From the IMG/VR virus record IMGVR_UViG_3300017963_007659, positions 64,001 to 128,000 of that record: DNA of 64,000 nucleotides; one strand, given 5' to 3'. The DNA comes from a virus. The position numbers and the translations under genes were made by a program. How positions within the stretch are numbered: position 1 is the first letter of the stretch; every line of letters begins with the position of its first letter. The notes below the pieces were generated by a model. That model ran no database searches. It saw only the letters and a list, made by a program, of their open reading frames with translations, and was not told the DNA's origin. This document shows, piece after piece, positions 46,368-56,192 of this stretch.

Positions 46368-47399
46368 ATGAAAGCTCTAGAACGCTATGAAGCTAAACCT
46401 GCTGAGGGAGAGGAAGTCTCCTGTTGCAGTTTTAATGGGATCATGATGGAGGTCTACGACAAGAAGCAGGAGAAGGTCGTGGGGACCTTCCCTTGTGAGG
46501 CGGGCTACGGCACGCACCTCTTCCATCCCTTCAGCCACAAGGGCAAGGACTACGCGCTCTACTCACCGGACCATACTTGTAGCCGAGTGCTGGCTCTTCC
46601 GTCCTGTGAGGATGTGGATGGGGAGATCTCGCATTCGTTGGGCTTCTGTCCGGTGGATTTCTACGTACCGACTCTTGAAGACTTCCCGTACAACAAGTAC
46701 CTTGGGCGTCCAGAGCCAGATGAGTATCCCTTCGGCTTTGTGTCTGGATGCATCTGGGGTGACGACAGGTCATGGAAGCTCCAGTTCGTTGACTTCAAGA
46801 ATCTCGACGAAGGGAAGGTCACGTTCGACGACCGTCTGGGGTACTTCGTTCTCCCGCACCATCTGTCGATCAAGGAAGCCATTGCCGGTATCCAGTACGA
46901 CCCGTCTGGAGAGAAGTACTCCTACATCAGCTTGGCGCAAGGGGTGGAGAAGTGCATCTACGACCAGGAGAAGGCTCCTGCGTACATGCTGGAGTCCAAG
47001 AAGGAGGAGTCGACGATTCTGGTAGAGGTATTTTTCAACTTCAAGAATGGAAACTTCGAGATCTGCAAGTACCTGCTGCCTATTGGTCCTCAGTGGGATG
47101 ATGGGATTCTTGAAGACCTCTACTGTGCCCTCTGTGATGTGCACAAGCTGGAGGATCCTGAGTTCAAGGGACCGCTCTACACCTACGATGAAGAGGATGA
47201 TGAGAATTTCGTGCTGCCTCCTCTCGACGAGGAGCTGAAGCGCTTCCACCATGAGATCTGTCTCGTTACAGGTCAGCACAAACCAGTCAAAGAGAAAGAG
47301 GATCTTGTCTATAATGCGTGGCTTGAGCATCGGGTCAACGTAGACAAAATAGTCAAGTCCCTCAATGCGTTCTACAGTATCGACGTGAACGTTGACTAA
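46368..47399 (+). CDS. hypothetical protein
   Basis: ATG 46368; FCPVDFYVP...GFVSGCIWGDD.SWKLQF. Confidence 0.65.
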   Translation: MKALERYEAKPAEGEEVSCCSFNGIMMEVYDKKQEKVVGTFPCEAGYGTHLFHPFSHKGKDYALYSPDHTCSRVLALPSCEDVDGEISHSLGFCPVDFYVPTLEDFPYNKYLGRPEPDEYPFGFVSGCIWGDDRSWKLQFVDFKNLDEGKVTFDDRLGYFVLPHHLSIKEAIAGIQYDPSGEKYSYISLAQGVEKCIYDQEKAPAYMLESKKEESTILVEVFFNFKNGNFEICKYLLPIGPQWDDGILEDLYCALCDVHKLEDPEFKGPLYTYDEEDDENFVLPPLDEELKRFHHEICLVTGQHKPVKEKEDLVYNAWLEHRVNVDKIVKSLNAFYSIDVNVD

Positions 47400-47528
47400 A
47401 TAAGCAGCAAGAAGCTGAAGAGGTTGAGGACGATGAGTGAAGCGAACTGGACTTACCACTTCGGTGTGCCGATTGAAGTAGAGACAGAGTGAGGGTTATC
47501 TCCACCCATCTGACCAAGGAGTGAAGCT

Positions 47529-47852
47529 ATGGAACAGTTCAAGATCAGTGATTTCTACGATGTCGAGAAGCGGAACGCTATCCTCGCCAATGGTGGTATG
47601 CCTGCCGTGCGTGCCTACCTTGAGAGCGTCCTGGCGCAGATAGAGGATGCGCCGACGCAAGAGGAGCGCGTGGAGCGCTTTGACAAGGTGTTCGGGCACC
47701 TTTTCTCCGCGACTCTTGACCATGAGGTACTCGCAGCCTACGTCCTCCAGAACAATCCCGGCGACATCCATGAAGGAGGTCTCTCCACTAACGTCATCCG
47801 CCTCCTCAAAGAGCTGGACGTCAGGAGAAAGAACGTGCCTTTCGCAGGCTAG
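47529..47852 (+). CDS. hypothetical protein
   Basis: AGGAG RBS. Confidence 0.6.
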   Translation: MEQFKISDFYDVEKRNAILANGGMPAVRAYLESVLAQIEDAPTQEERVERFDKVFGHLFSATLDHEVLAAYVLQNNPGDIHEGGLSTNVIRLLKELDVRRKNVPFAG

Positions 47853-47879
47853 GTTACTGTTGCTGTAACGGAGCTGAGA

Positions 47880-48086
47880 ATGAGTGATATCTGTCCTGCC
47901 TGTGGGAACTACGAGAAACCATCGAACGCCAGAGAGGACCACGTGGGAAGCTTTCTCCAGTGGCTCGACCAGAACGACATCTGCCTTCGTCGTCTAGGTG
48001 ACGAAGAGATTCTGGACAACGATGAGATCCTCCAGCAGCATGTCGATGTGCTGCGAGAAGAAGAGGATGACTCTGGCGAGTGGTAG
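47880..48086 (+). CDS. small zinc-ribbon protein
   Basis: CPAC. Confidence 0.5.
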   Translation: MSDICPACGNYEKPSNAREDHVGSFLQWLDQNDICLRRLGDEEILDNDEILQQHVDVLREEEDDSGEW

Positions 48087-48125
48087 CGGCGTCAGAACTT
48101 CAAACTGAAGCCGTCAAAGAGATGT

Positions 48126-48935
48126 ATGGAAAATGATCCTGTACATCTCAAAGACTTCGTGAAGCGGTGGAAGGACAAGGCTGAGGAGCCCCATCCTTAT
48201 GGGAAGAGCACTCGCACTGTCATGAAGCGGTATGCTTCCTTCCCGGAACTCTACAAGAATGACGATGGTGAGTTCCTTGGTATCATCGACCCGGAGAGCG
48301 GGGAGAAGATCGAAGCTCCCTGGAGTGCCTATCTGCTCGCTCTCATGGAGTACGGCTATAGTCATCTAGACACGGGACGTACATTTCTTTCTGGAGTGAC
48401 AGAGTTCAATCCTCCGGGACCAGGGCCTGCTGGGTTCCCAGAGGCGAAGTCTATTCTTGTAGAGACCTGCAAGCCTCGTTGGGGTGGTGATTACTACTTC
48501 CAGACGCTGAGTTCGACGCTGGAAGGCGAGTACCGTTCTATCAAGGATGATATCTACACGCCTTGTTACATCGCGGCAATGCAGCAAGGAATGAGACTTA
48601 GAGATTGGGACAACGAGGTCAGTGACATCTATCCGGACAGAACTGAAGAAAAGCTGGCTGCTCTCCGGGAGGAGATGGGAGACTTCCCAGAGATGGTTTA
48701 CGAAGGGGACTGGAAGCGAGGCAGCGAGTCGAACCCGATGCGCGGATACAGCGTGTACTACAAGAATGTGCGCTTCGCTGATGAGCTGACCTCCGACCAA
48801 CTTGGTACCTATCAGCACTACCTCTATCTGAACAAGTGCCCTGGCTGGACTGGCGTGTCGATGAACAGGCGTTACGTCACGGAAGACAACGAGAATTCCT
48901 ATACCTTTAGGACGGTCAACGACTCCTCTGGTTGA
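48126..48935 (+). CDS. hypothetical protein
   Basis: 269 aa; degenerate motif 4 nt upstream. Confidence 0.65.
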   Translation: MENDPVHLKDFVKRWKDKAEEPHPYGKSTRTVMKRYASFPELYKNDDGEFLGIIDPESGEKIEAPWSAYLLALMEYGYSHLDTGRTFLSGVTEFNPPGPGPAGFPEAKSILVETCKPRWGGDYYFQTLSSTLEGEYRSIKDDIYTPCYIAAMQQGMRLRDWDNEVSDIYPDRTEEKLAALREEMGDFPEMVYEGDWKRGSESNPMRGYSVYYKNVRFADELTSDQLGTYQHYLYLNKCPGWTGVSMNRRYVTEDNENSYTFRTVNDSSG

Positions 48936-48963
48936 GAGATGCCATCATACTGGCTTAGAGAGT

Positions 48964-49623
48964 ATGAAAGGTTACCTGGATACAACCATGCAGCTTCCTC
49001 ATTTGATCGACGTCAAAACGAAATACTACAAGTATTCCGCACTTGGGGCTTTCGGTAACCAGCTCAACGTCTGGAGGACCGCTGAGGAGTTTGTAGAGAG
49101 CGGCTACGATGGGAACATCGGGCTTCGCTACGCAGGCTCCGGTTCCGGGGCTCCGTGGCTTGGCAATAAAATCCCATCTGACTGTGCGGTGGTCACGCGA
49201 GAGATCTTGGCGGAACAGGAAGGCTACAACAAGGACGACTTCGTGTTCTGTGAGGCTGCTCCAGATCATCTTCTCACGTTCCAAGGGGAAGTCCAGCAAG
49301 CGGTCGGTGGTTTATCCCTTCGCTACACCTACGAGAAGTGCAACATGAGACATGCCTTCAAGATTGAGGAGCTGCATGCCTCTGGTGTAGCCGCGCTCTA
49401 TCTGATGCGGAAGCACCTGTCTCCAGCGAGCTACGACGACTTCCAGATACTCTTTGACTGGTTTCCTGGACACGTCGTCGAGTTCGCTAGCTTCTCTCTT
49501 CCGGTGGGGTGGGCATCTGGGCGCAACACCGTGGTGTGGGAAGTGCGAAAAGATGGGGTACCTCCTGGATGGCATGCGTTGGAGCGGAAGTGCCGTCCTG
49601 GACATAGAGAATGCCACGAATGA
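48964..49623 (+). CDS. hypothetical protein (possible ATP-grasp-like fold)
   Basis: 219 aa; VVEFASF...RNTVVWEVR is only reminiscent of ATP-grasp C-termini. Confidence 0.45.
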   Translation: MKGYLDTTMQLPHLIDVKTKYYKYSALGAFGNQLNVWRTAEEFVESGYDGNIGLRYAGSGSGAPWLGNKIPSDCAVVTREILAEQEGYNKDDFVFCEAAPDHLLTFQGEVQQAVGGLSLRYTYEKCNMRHAFKIEELHASGVAALYLMRKHLSPASYDDFQILFDWFPGHVVEFASFSLPVGWASGRNTVVWEVRKDGVPPGWHALERKCRPGHRECHE

Positions 49624-49640
49624 CGTGGTAAGGAGTTGTC

Positions 49641-50387
49641 ATGCACAGTAAGCTCAAAAAAGGATTGACAATTGGGACGATAGTCTTTGCTGTCGTTCTC
49701 GCTATTGTTGTCGCGGTTCTGCTCATTGTTGGAATCACTGGTCATGATGAAGCAACCTTCATGGAGGTGTGTCGGCACGGAGACCGGGTCCTGTACTTCG
49801 ATCAAGGCATAGAAGGAGAGAGGTCTGATGGCGAAGTCGCATGTGAGAGGACTACAGAACCTCTGTGGACGAAGGCGAGCTTCCCGCTTACCGTCACCGC
49901 GCTATCGCATGACGGCAAGGTACTTCAAAGAGACCACGACGCGTGGCGGGCGATCGACCAAGCCCTGGAAGATGCCAACTCCCAATTTGGATTCCAAGCG
50001 TTTCAAAAGGTGGCACCCGGATCTCCAGCTACCGTCACCATCTTCTGGGGAGTCCCCTACGGAAACGGTCCAGCGGAGCGAGCCGAGGGCTACGTTAGCC
50101 ACTTCTACAACAGGGACGGATCAACAGATCTCGTATCTGGTAATGAGGCATGCGACTCCAACGGGCTATGCGCTCACGTTGGAATACGTGCGATTGCATC
50201 CGAGCGCGTCAGTTACATCGTCTTGGTCCACGAACTTGGGCACGTCCTATTTCTCGGACACGACGACTACACAGCCTCCGTGATGTACCCTCTCTCCTTC
50301 GATGACAGTGAAGACGCTACAATCGTCAACTGGACGCGCTTCGTCGATGGGGATGTCGACGCCATCCAAGAGCGCTTCTCTAACTGA
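49641..50387 (+). CDS. membrane-anchored matrixin (M10-like) zinc metalloprotease
   Basis: N-terminal TM; HELGHVLFLGH plus Met-turn SVMYP. Confidence 0.85.
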   Translation: MHSKLKKGLTIGTIVFAVVLAIVVAVLLIVGITGHDEATFMEVCRHGDRVLYFDQGIEGERSDGEVACERTTEPLWTKASFPLTVTALSHDGKVLQRDHDAWRAIDQALEDANSQFGFQAFQKVAPGSPATVTIFWGVPYGNGPAERAEGYVSHFYNRDGSTDLVSGNEACDSNGLCAHVGIRAIASERVSYIVLVHELGHVLFLGHDDYTASVMYPLSFDDSEDATIVNWTRFVDGDVDAIQERFSN

Positions 50388-50415
50388 CTTCAGATTATTC
50401 TAGTCAAAAGAGTGT

Positions 50416-50994
50416 ATGCGAAAGTATACCTCACGAGATATCGGACGGGTCAAGACTGAAGAAGACCGGTGGTTCTACGCTGCTGGGATACCTCAACAGT
50501 TTTGGGCTGACGACTACGAGCTAGCTCCCTATCCCTTGCTATGCACTCAAGCAGACGGTTCCTTCAAGAATCTCTCCAGTGAGGGACAGCTCAAGCATTA
50601 CAACTGGCTCATGGATGTCGAGAGGCTCCGGACGTCTTCTCTTCTTGCTGTTGTAGGGTCATCTCCTACAGATGCGAAGGCGATGGTCATTGCCTGTCGT
50701 TTTGCAAAGGTAGCGGTTCTCCAGTGGCTTGGTGGCGTGCATGTCTTCGATGTGGCGAGCTACGACGCTCCAACATCCAAAGATCAGGTTGTGGTTATGT
50801 ATAATCTGTCGGCTACCGCCTACACCAATGAAAGGATTATGAAAGTCAAAGACCGCGTTCACGCCTATCAGGATAGAGTGTGTATTCTTGTAGTGGCTGG
50901 GAACCCGCATGAATATGCCACCAAGGTCCTCAATATTCAACCCAACGTCCTGTTTTACTTCGAGGGTAATCTGATGAAGCAGAGAGCGCTGTAG
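50416..50994 (+). CDS. DnaC/IstB-like helicase-loader homologue with degenerate Walker motifs
   Basis: AGIPQQF N-terminal motif; P-loop position reads GSSPTDAK; upstream of DnaB. Confidence 0.45.
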   Translation: MRKYTSRDIGRVKTEEDRWFYAAGIPQQFWADDYELAPYPLLCTQADGSFKNLSSEGQLKHYNWLMDVERLRTSSLLAVVGSSPTDAKAMVIACRFAKVAVLQWLGGVHVFDVASYDAPTSKDQVVVMYNLSATAYTNERIMKVKDRVHAYQDRVCILVVAGNPHEYATKVLNIQPNVLFYFEGNLMKQRAL

Positions 50995-51165
50995 ACCCAT
51001 GAGTAAGTCCAATGATCGCCTCCAAACTACCGAAAACAGACGCTCTAAAGCGTTCCATTGTGGATGTCCCGACCCTCCTCCTGACGTTTGAATCCAAACC
51101 AGTCAAAGAAGGTACGGCAAAGGATCAGCCAGCGTTGCTGCTGACGCCTACTCCACGGAGCGTTA

Positions 51166-52494
51166 ATGAAAAGAAACAAACCTGAAGCGGAGCTGGCAGC
51201 CCTCAAAGCTGCGCTTGATTCCCCGGATGAACGTATTAAAGCTCGACTTCTAGGAGGATTCCGCGACACTATTTTTGGATTTGAAGCCAACAGAGAGATT
51301 CATAAGCGAATACGGTTTCTTGTAGAGAGTGCGAAGCCGATCCCGACTAGCCCAATCATGGCGCAAGACGTCGCTCTGTCCGATGTCGCACGTACCATGA
51401 TCTCTCAGCCTTCCATGACTCCTATCAATACGATGGAGGATGCGGAGGCTTTGCTCGACACACTGCGCACATATGAGAATGGACGTGTCCTCTTCAATAC
51501 TCTCCAGATGACAACGGAGGAAATGGAGAAGGAGACGCCAAGCCTAGATGATGTCGTCACAGCGATGGAGAACACCATCACCGTGGTCCGGTCCAAGGAC
51601 CAGCAGGAGGCTCTATTCCACTTCGGCAAGGGAGACAATACAGAAGAGGTGTTCCAACGCATCATGAACCCAAACCTGCAGCAGGTCTTTGTACCTACTG
51701 GTTTTCGAGGGTTCGACGAGGTAGCTGGTGGACTCGCGCGCTACAACCTCCAGATTGTCGCCTGTCACAGGAAAGGCGGGAAGTCCATACTGTGTCTTAA
51801 CGAAGGGCTGAACATGTATCAGCTCGGTCTGTCTGGCTGTATCATCACTCTGGAGATGGGAGAGGAAGAGTATGGTGGACGCCTCTTGTCCAACATCTCT
51901 GGTATTCCCTACAGCAAGATCCGTCTCAAGAAAACGTCGAGAGCTGAAAGTGCCAGAATTACGCAGGCATACCAGAACTTCGTTCAGCACGGACTGACCA
52001 ACAACTGTAGGCTCACGGTATGGCCAACAATGTCCTTGTCTCTCAGTGAGATTGGACTGCTTCTGAAGCCTTATGGGTTCGACTTCGTTATCATCGATTA
52101 CTTGAATCTTCTCCGGTATGACGGCTCTCCAGATACACCGAAGCATCAGATCCTCAATGACCAAGCTCGTGACTGCAAGCAGCTCACAGGGCTTCTGAAC
52201 TGTCCAGTCATCGCAGCCACACAGACAGACGTCACCAGCGGAAACATTCGCTACTCCAGAGCTATCGAGGAGCATGCGGACTACGTTTGGACGTGGACTT
52301 ATGGAGAGTCCGAGGAAGCTACAGGAGTCGTGGAGATTGGACAGATGGTGTCTCGGCACACGGAGCGCTTCTCCTTCAAGGTTCGGGCAGACTATGAACG
52401 TATGCGGATGACGGACTATGTGGAAATGCCATCTCAACAAGAACAAGTCAATGATACAGAGGCGACCTTGGATTTCATGGATGAGCTGAGGTAG
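51166..52494 (+). CDS. dnaB: DnaB-like replicative helicase
   Basis: VPTGF..FD...GG, ACHRKGGKS, TLEM, IIDYLNLL, ATQ, SRAIEEHAD. Confidence 0.9.
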   Translation: MKRNKPEAELAALKAALDSPDERIKARLLGGFRDTIFGFEANREIHKRIRFLVESAKPIPTSPIMAQDVALSDVARTMISQPSMTPINTMEDAEALLDTLRTYENGRVLFNTLQMTTEEMEKETPSLDDVVTAMENTITVVRSKDQQEALFHFGKGDNTEEVFQRIMNPNLQQVFVPTGFRGFDEVAGGLARYNLQIVACHRKGGKSILCLNEGLNMYQLGLSGCIITLEMGEEEYGGRLLSNISGIPYSKIRLKKTSRAESARITQAYQNFVQHGLTNNCRLTVWPTMSLSLSEIGLLLKPYGFDFVIIDYLNLLRYDGSPDTPKHQILNDQARDCKQLTGLLNCPVIAATQTDVTSGNIRYSRAIEEHADYVWTWTYGESEEATGVVEIGQMVSRHTERFSFKVRADYERMRMTDYVEMPSQQEQVNDTEATLDFMDELR

Positions 52495-52538
52495 CTCAGA
52501 TTTAGGCCCTGACGAAATTTAGGAGCTAAGGAGAAAGC

Positions 52539-53747
52539 ATGCTGGTAGAGACAAAAGCTTCCGACCTGAAGGATAGGATCAAGATGATCTCGAACTCCTT
52601 GGGTCAGAAAGCTGACGGAGAGTGCTTGGTAACGGCGAGCAAGACTGACGGATTGACGCTGGAAGGCTTCAAGGATGGGACATACTTGAAGTGTACGCTC
52701 CCTGCTGAAGTCCATCAGGAAGGTGAGGTAGTCGTCAAATCGGCCTATCTGACGTCTCTTCGTCTCGGAGCCAAGGTACGGCTGACTTTGAACAACAACT
52801 GGCTCGACTTCCAATCCGGCAGTTTCCAGGGTCACGTGGAGACCTCCCAGGATGTTGATCGCTTCAAGGCGTCTCGTCCAGCGGAGATCATCCCCACTCC
52901 CTTCAACTTGGCGGCTGAGGACTTCGTTGAGTGCACGAAGCGCGCGTTCCTTCAACCGACTCTTGTAGGACAGCCCTACGGGATACGCTGTCAGTTGTAC
53001 GGAGACGAGCAGAACGTCGAATCTCCAGTGACGCTGGCTCTGTCCTCCATTGAGTCGAACGTCCGTGCTGTCATCGCGAAGAAGCAGCTCCCAATCGTGC
53101 TTCAGAGGGAGCCAGGTACTTCTCACACGTTCATGGACGTGATGCTTCCTCCCATCCTCTGGAGTATCGTCAGCAAGGTGAAGGGGCCAATCCAGATCGG
53201 AACGGATGGGAAAGTCTTCCATCTGCTGTCGGCTGCTGTCGACCTCTATCAACCTCTTCTTGCATTCGAGGCTCAAGATATCGAGATGTGGATTGAGCAG
53301 CTCCAGAAGCCTCCGTCGGTATTCTCTGGGGAGCTTCATGCTGATGTTCAGACCTTCCTTGGTGGAATCAACCAAGCTACGAGCGTGGTTGTCTCTGTTG
53401 GGGCACCGGTCCAAGAGATCACTCTCGATTGTGTCGCCACTGCTGAGGTCCTGAAGATCGATGTGCGTGCAGCGAGCGGAGAAGCTACGAGTGAGCTTCC
53501 TCTCACTGCGGGACCACAGGGTGAGCTGAAGATGCAGTTGGGAGCCCGTCACATGACAGAAAGCTTGGGGCTGCTGGGAAGTGGTTCCGCAGAGGTGAAA
53601 GTATGGTCGAACCCGGCAGCAGTGTTGGTCTATTCGGGACCGAAACCGGAAGAAATCGCCGCAGAGACAGACCCGGAAAAACAAAATCAATTGCGGGGGC
53701 AGATGCAGACCTACTACATCATCCCGCAGATAGCAAAGGACTCCTGA
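52539..53747 (+). CDS. DNA polymerase III beta sliding clamp-like protein
   Basis: About 400 aa; N-terminal pattern (L...I......LV.A....L.L......LKCTLPAEV..EGEVVV) like DnaN; follows dnaB. Confidence 0.6.
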   Translation: MLVETKASDLKDRIKMISNSLGQKADGECLVTASKTDGLTLEGFKDGTYLKCTLPAEVHQEGEVVVKSAYLTSLRLGAKVRLTLNNNWLDFQSGSFQGHVETSQDVDRFKASRPAEIIPTPFNLAAEDFVECTKRAFLQPTLVGQPYGIRCQLYGDEQNVESPVTLALSSIESNVRAVIAKKQLPIVLQREPGTSHTFMDVMLPPILWSIVSKVKGPIQIGTDGKVFHLLSAAVDLYQPLLAFEAQDIEMWIEQLQKPPSVFSGELHADVQTFLGGINQATSVVVSVGAPVQEITLDCVATAEVLKIDVRAASGEATSELPLTAGPQGELKMQLGARHMTESLGLLGSGSAEVKVWSNPAAVLVYSGPKPEEIAAETDPEKQNQLRGQMQTYYIIPQIAKDS

Positions 53748-54109
53748 GCGTCTTCAAAGACTCTCCTGTAAATCCGAAGAAGATCCAGGTCATCGACGAC
53801 ACCATCGTGCTGATGAAGGGATACGAGCAGCCACAAGGGAAGTCTCTGTCTCTGAATGTGCGGTACGACGATGAGGTGATCACATTCTATTCTGTCACAG
53901 CGTCTCCTAAAGCTCTGGGGTACATCTTGGAGGTGAAGCAACCACGGTGGGGTGAGGTCTACGAAGAGCAGTGGATCTATCTCATGAAGAGTGTCTCAGA
54001 CTTGACGCCACAGACACCGGAGCTGCTGGCGAAAGACAACAGGATGCGCTTGTATCGCTATGGAGATGACTACCTATTCTTCGCTCGTGCTGCCAAACAG
54101 CGCAAGTGA
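53603..54109 (+). CDS. hypothetical protein (true start probably near 53744-53812)
   Basis: Open frame filling the gap after the clamp gene; start unresolved. Confidence 0.45.
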   Translation: MVEPGSSVGLFGTETGRNRRRDRPGKTKSIAGADADLLHHPADSKGLLSVFKDSPVNPKKIQVIDDTIVLMKGYEQPQGKSLSLNVRYDDEVITFYSVTASPKALGYILEVKQPRWGEVYEEQWIYLMKSVSDLTPQTPELLAKDNRMRLYRYGDDYLFFARAAKQRK

Positions 54110-54338
54110 CAGGGATGACTGGCCGACGTTCGAGGCGGTCTCGGAGTCCCCACTCTGGGTGGATGCGAGCTTCATTCCCAACATTGTGTTCATCGTCCGT
54201 CCCACGATCAAATGCCGCCATCCTGTCGTATTAGATGATGGGACGACGGACGCCATCGTCCAGATTATTGGAGAACCTTCACGTGTTGCTCTCTATCTGA
54301 TGCAGAAGATCTCTTTGTGGAGGTCCTCAGCGAGGTAA
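54060..54338 (+). CDS. hypothetical protein
   Basis: 92-aa ORF filling the gap; uncertain. Confidence 0.35.
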   Translation: MEMTTYSSLVLPNSASDRDDWPTFEAVSESPLWVDASFIPNIVFIVRPTIKCRHPVVLDDGTTDAIVQIIGEPSRVALYLMQKISLWRSSAR

Positions 54339-54347
54339 ATGTAAACG

Positions 54348-55001
54348 ATGACAGAGCCGGAAACAACACAGCCTGAGTCTGAGCCAGACGTTCCAGCGGA
54401 ACCTGTTCCTGAACCAGACCCTCCGAAGGAGACTTCTCCAGAAGATAGGGACTGGCTGGCTGTTCCAGCGGATGAGACGTGGGCTGAGTTCGTAGATCGT
54501 ATGCGTCTCGCTCCTCACATCCAACAGGCTAATGGATTAGCGGAGCTGTTCACTCCGGATAAGAGCTTCACCGTTGAGCTACAGCAATACATGAGCGCGA
54601 AGAAGATCGACAAGACAGTGCGGACTGAAGCTGATCTCCCGAAGGTTGTAGCGCTCATCGGTGTCATCCAATCCTATCGAGAGCGGGTCTCGTCAACTCA
54701 GATCGGACTCATGGATATGGCACGGGACCTCAAGCGGGCATGGAAGGAGTGTGAAGCTTGGCTGATGCTCCATCCCTATATGAACAAAAAGAAGGACGGC
54801 GATAGAAAACGGGCAGTCCATTTGATTCTCAAGGAGCTAGTCAACGCCTTGGGAGATGTAGAGCACCTGATCAAGGCGGCTGAGACCGCTACGTGGACCT
54901 TGAAACAGGCTGCGGACTCCTATAGTGAGCAGAAGCAGGGAATCACGACCATGATCTACTCTGGGATGAAAACAGGTGCTACCCCAGAGCATGTGAGGTG
55001 A
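54348..55001 (+). CDS. helical protein, possibly UvsY-like recombination mediator
   Basis: Pro/Glu N-tail, then long amphipathic helices; replication cluster; weak resemblance only. Confidence 0.4.
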   Translation: MTEPETTQPESEPDVPAEPVPEPDPPKETSPEDRDWLAVPADETWAEFVDRMRLAPHIQQANGLAELFTPDKSFTVELQQYMSAKKIDKTVRTEADLPKVVALIGVIQSYRERVSSTQIGLMDMARDLKRAWKECEAWLMLHPYMNKKKDGDRKRAVHLILKELVNALGDVEHLIKAAETATWTLKQAADSYSEQKQGITTMIYSGMKTGATPEHVR

Positions 55002-55002
55002 G

Positions 55003-55596
55003 ATGTCAACTATCCAAGATGAAACTAGAGACGCAGAGGGACAATTCCTTCGCCTGATTGAGCAGCATGAGCAGAAGGTCTTGTCGCTGGTAAACAAAAC
55101 CTCAAAGCAAGATGTTCAAACGCTGGACTGCTCTGAGTGTGGCAAGCCAGTGCTCGCAGCTCCAATCTATCTCAACACAATCCAGTGCTCCTCCTGTACC
55201 CCTCCTATCACCTTGGAGTCGGAGCAGCTCGATTCTCTTCTTCAAGATGCGAGGGAGAACCTGTTTCAGCAGCTTTCTGAGCTGGACGAAGCCTTCTCGG
55301 AGAAGGAGCACGTCAAACTCCGAGACGCAGTGCTCAAAGAGCTGAAGAGCATACAGACTCTTGTAGAAGCAAGCATTGACGCTTCTGAGGCAATGCAGTC
55401 TGGAGATGAAGAAGAAGAGGACACTCTGGAGGTGAAGGAGTTCGATGCGCTGATCAAGAATTTCACAAGGATACGCTCGATTGAGCGGCTGGCACGCGTC
55501 TTTGGAATCAGTCAGGAGGTCACTTCCGATATTCTGAAGACGAAGATTGGGGTACTCTTTGGACCAAAGCCTCCGAAGATTGTAGGACAGAAATGA
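55003..55596 (+). CDS. hypothetical protein with zinc ribbon and coiled coil
   Basis: CSEC...CSSC. Confidence 0.55.
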   Translation: MSTIQDETRDAEGQFLRLIEQHEQKVLSLVNKTSKQDVQTLDCSECGKPVLAAPIYLNTIQCSSCTPPITLESEQLDSLLQDARENLFQQLSELDEAFSEKEHVKLRDAVLKELKSIQTLVEASIDASEAMQSGDEEEEDTLEVKEFDALIKNFTRIRSIERLARVFGISQEVTSDILKTKIGVLFGPKPPKIVGQK

Positions 55597-56192
55597 CCAA
55601 ACCTCTCATCTATGCAGCTTACGACTACTATGAATCTGAGACACAGCCCTCTTGGGTGAGGATACTACAAGAAACGTTCCCAGAGGCGATTCTCTACGAC
55701 CCAGGACAGCCCCTGGCTGAACAAGACCTCAACGAGGACACTCTGGCGGATATCCCCTGTGTAGCCAGTCCAGAAGTTCTCCAGCTTCTACGCTTCCCTC
55801 CACATCTTGCCGCATCGGTGCGAGAGGAGGGAGTGCCGGCAGCTCTCGCTGAGGCACAAAACATGGCCAAGGGAGGCTACGTAGCGTCCATTCTCGCGGT
55901 CAACCATTATCTGTTGGTGAGGTCGTCTCTTGTAGTTGTCGATGGGGACGCAGCCTTTTCTAGCGGTCCCTCTGTCGACCTAGTTCTGGCAACGCAGCTT
56001 GGGATACCTACGGTCTTGGTGTGTAACAGAACGATACAGCCCCCATGGCTGCTCGCCTATGCCGATGTGTCTGTGACGACTCCTAAGCTCGTGAAGCTTG
56101 TCGCTACTGTCCTGCGATTTCAGCAGGAGCCACAAAAGGAGGAGGAGTCGGAAGAGCTTGATACTCCTCCAGAGCAGACTCCAGAGCCTTGA
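55593..56192 (+). CDS. nucleoside 2-deoxyribosyltransferase-like (N-glycosidase fold) protein
   Basis: IYAA..., LYDP, SSLVVVD....SSGPSVDLVLATQLGIPTV resembles the D.VVA.LD...SGT..E.G.A..LGKPV pattern, with E replaced by D. Confidence 0.5.
   Translation: MTKPLIYAAYDYYESETQPSWVRILQETFPEAILYDPGQPLAEQDLNEDTLADIPCVASPEVLQLLRFPPHLAASVREEGVPAALAEAQNMAKGGYVASILAVNHYLLVRSSLVVVDGDAAFSSGPSVDLVLATQLGIPTVLVCNRTIQPPWLLAYADVSVTTPKLVKLVATVLRFQQEPQKEEESEELDTPPEQTPEP

Noticed and set aside
52434-53690. 418-aa minus-strand ORF
   Set aside because: Antisense shadow of the clamp-like gene; no supporting signals.
56104-56192. 89-bp convergent overlap as a functional antisense pair
   Set aside because: Both overlapping tails are low-complexity Pro/Glu/Ala sequence; most likely stop-codon drift.
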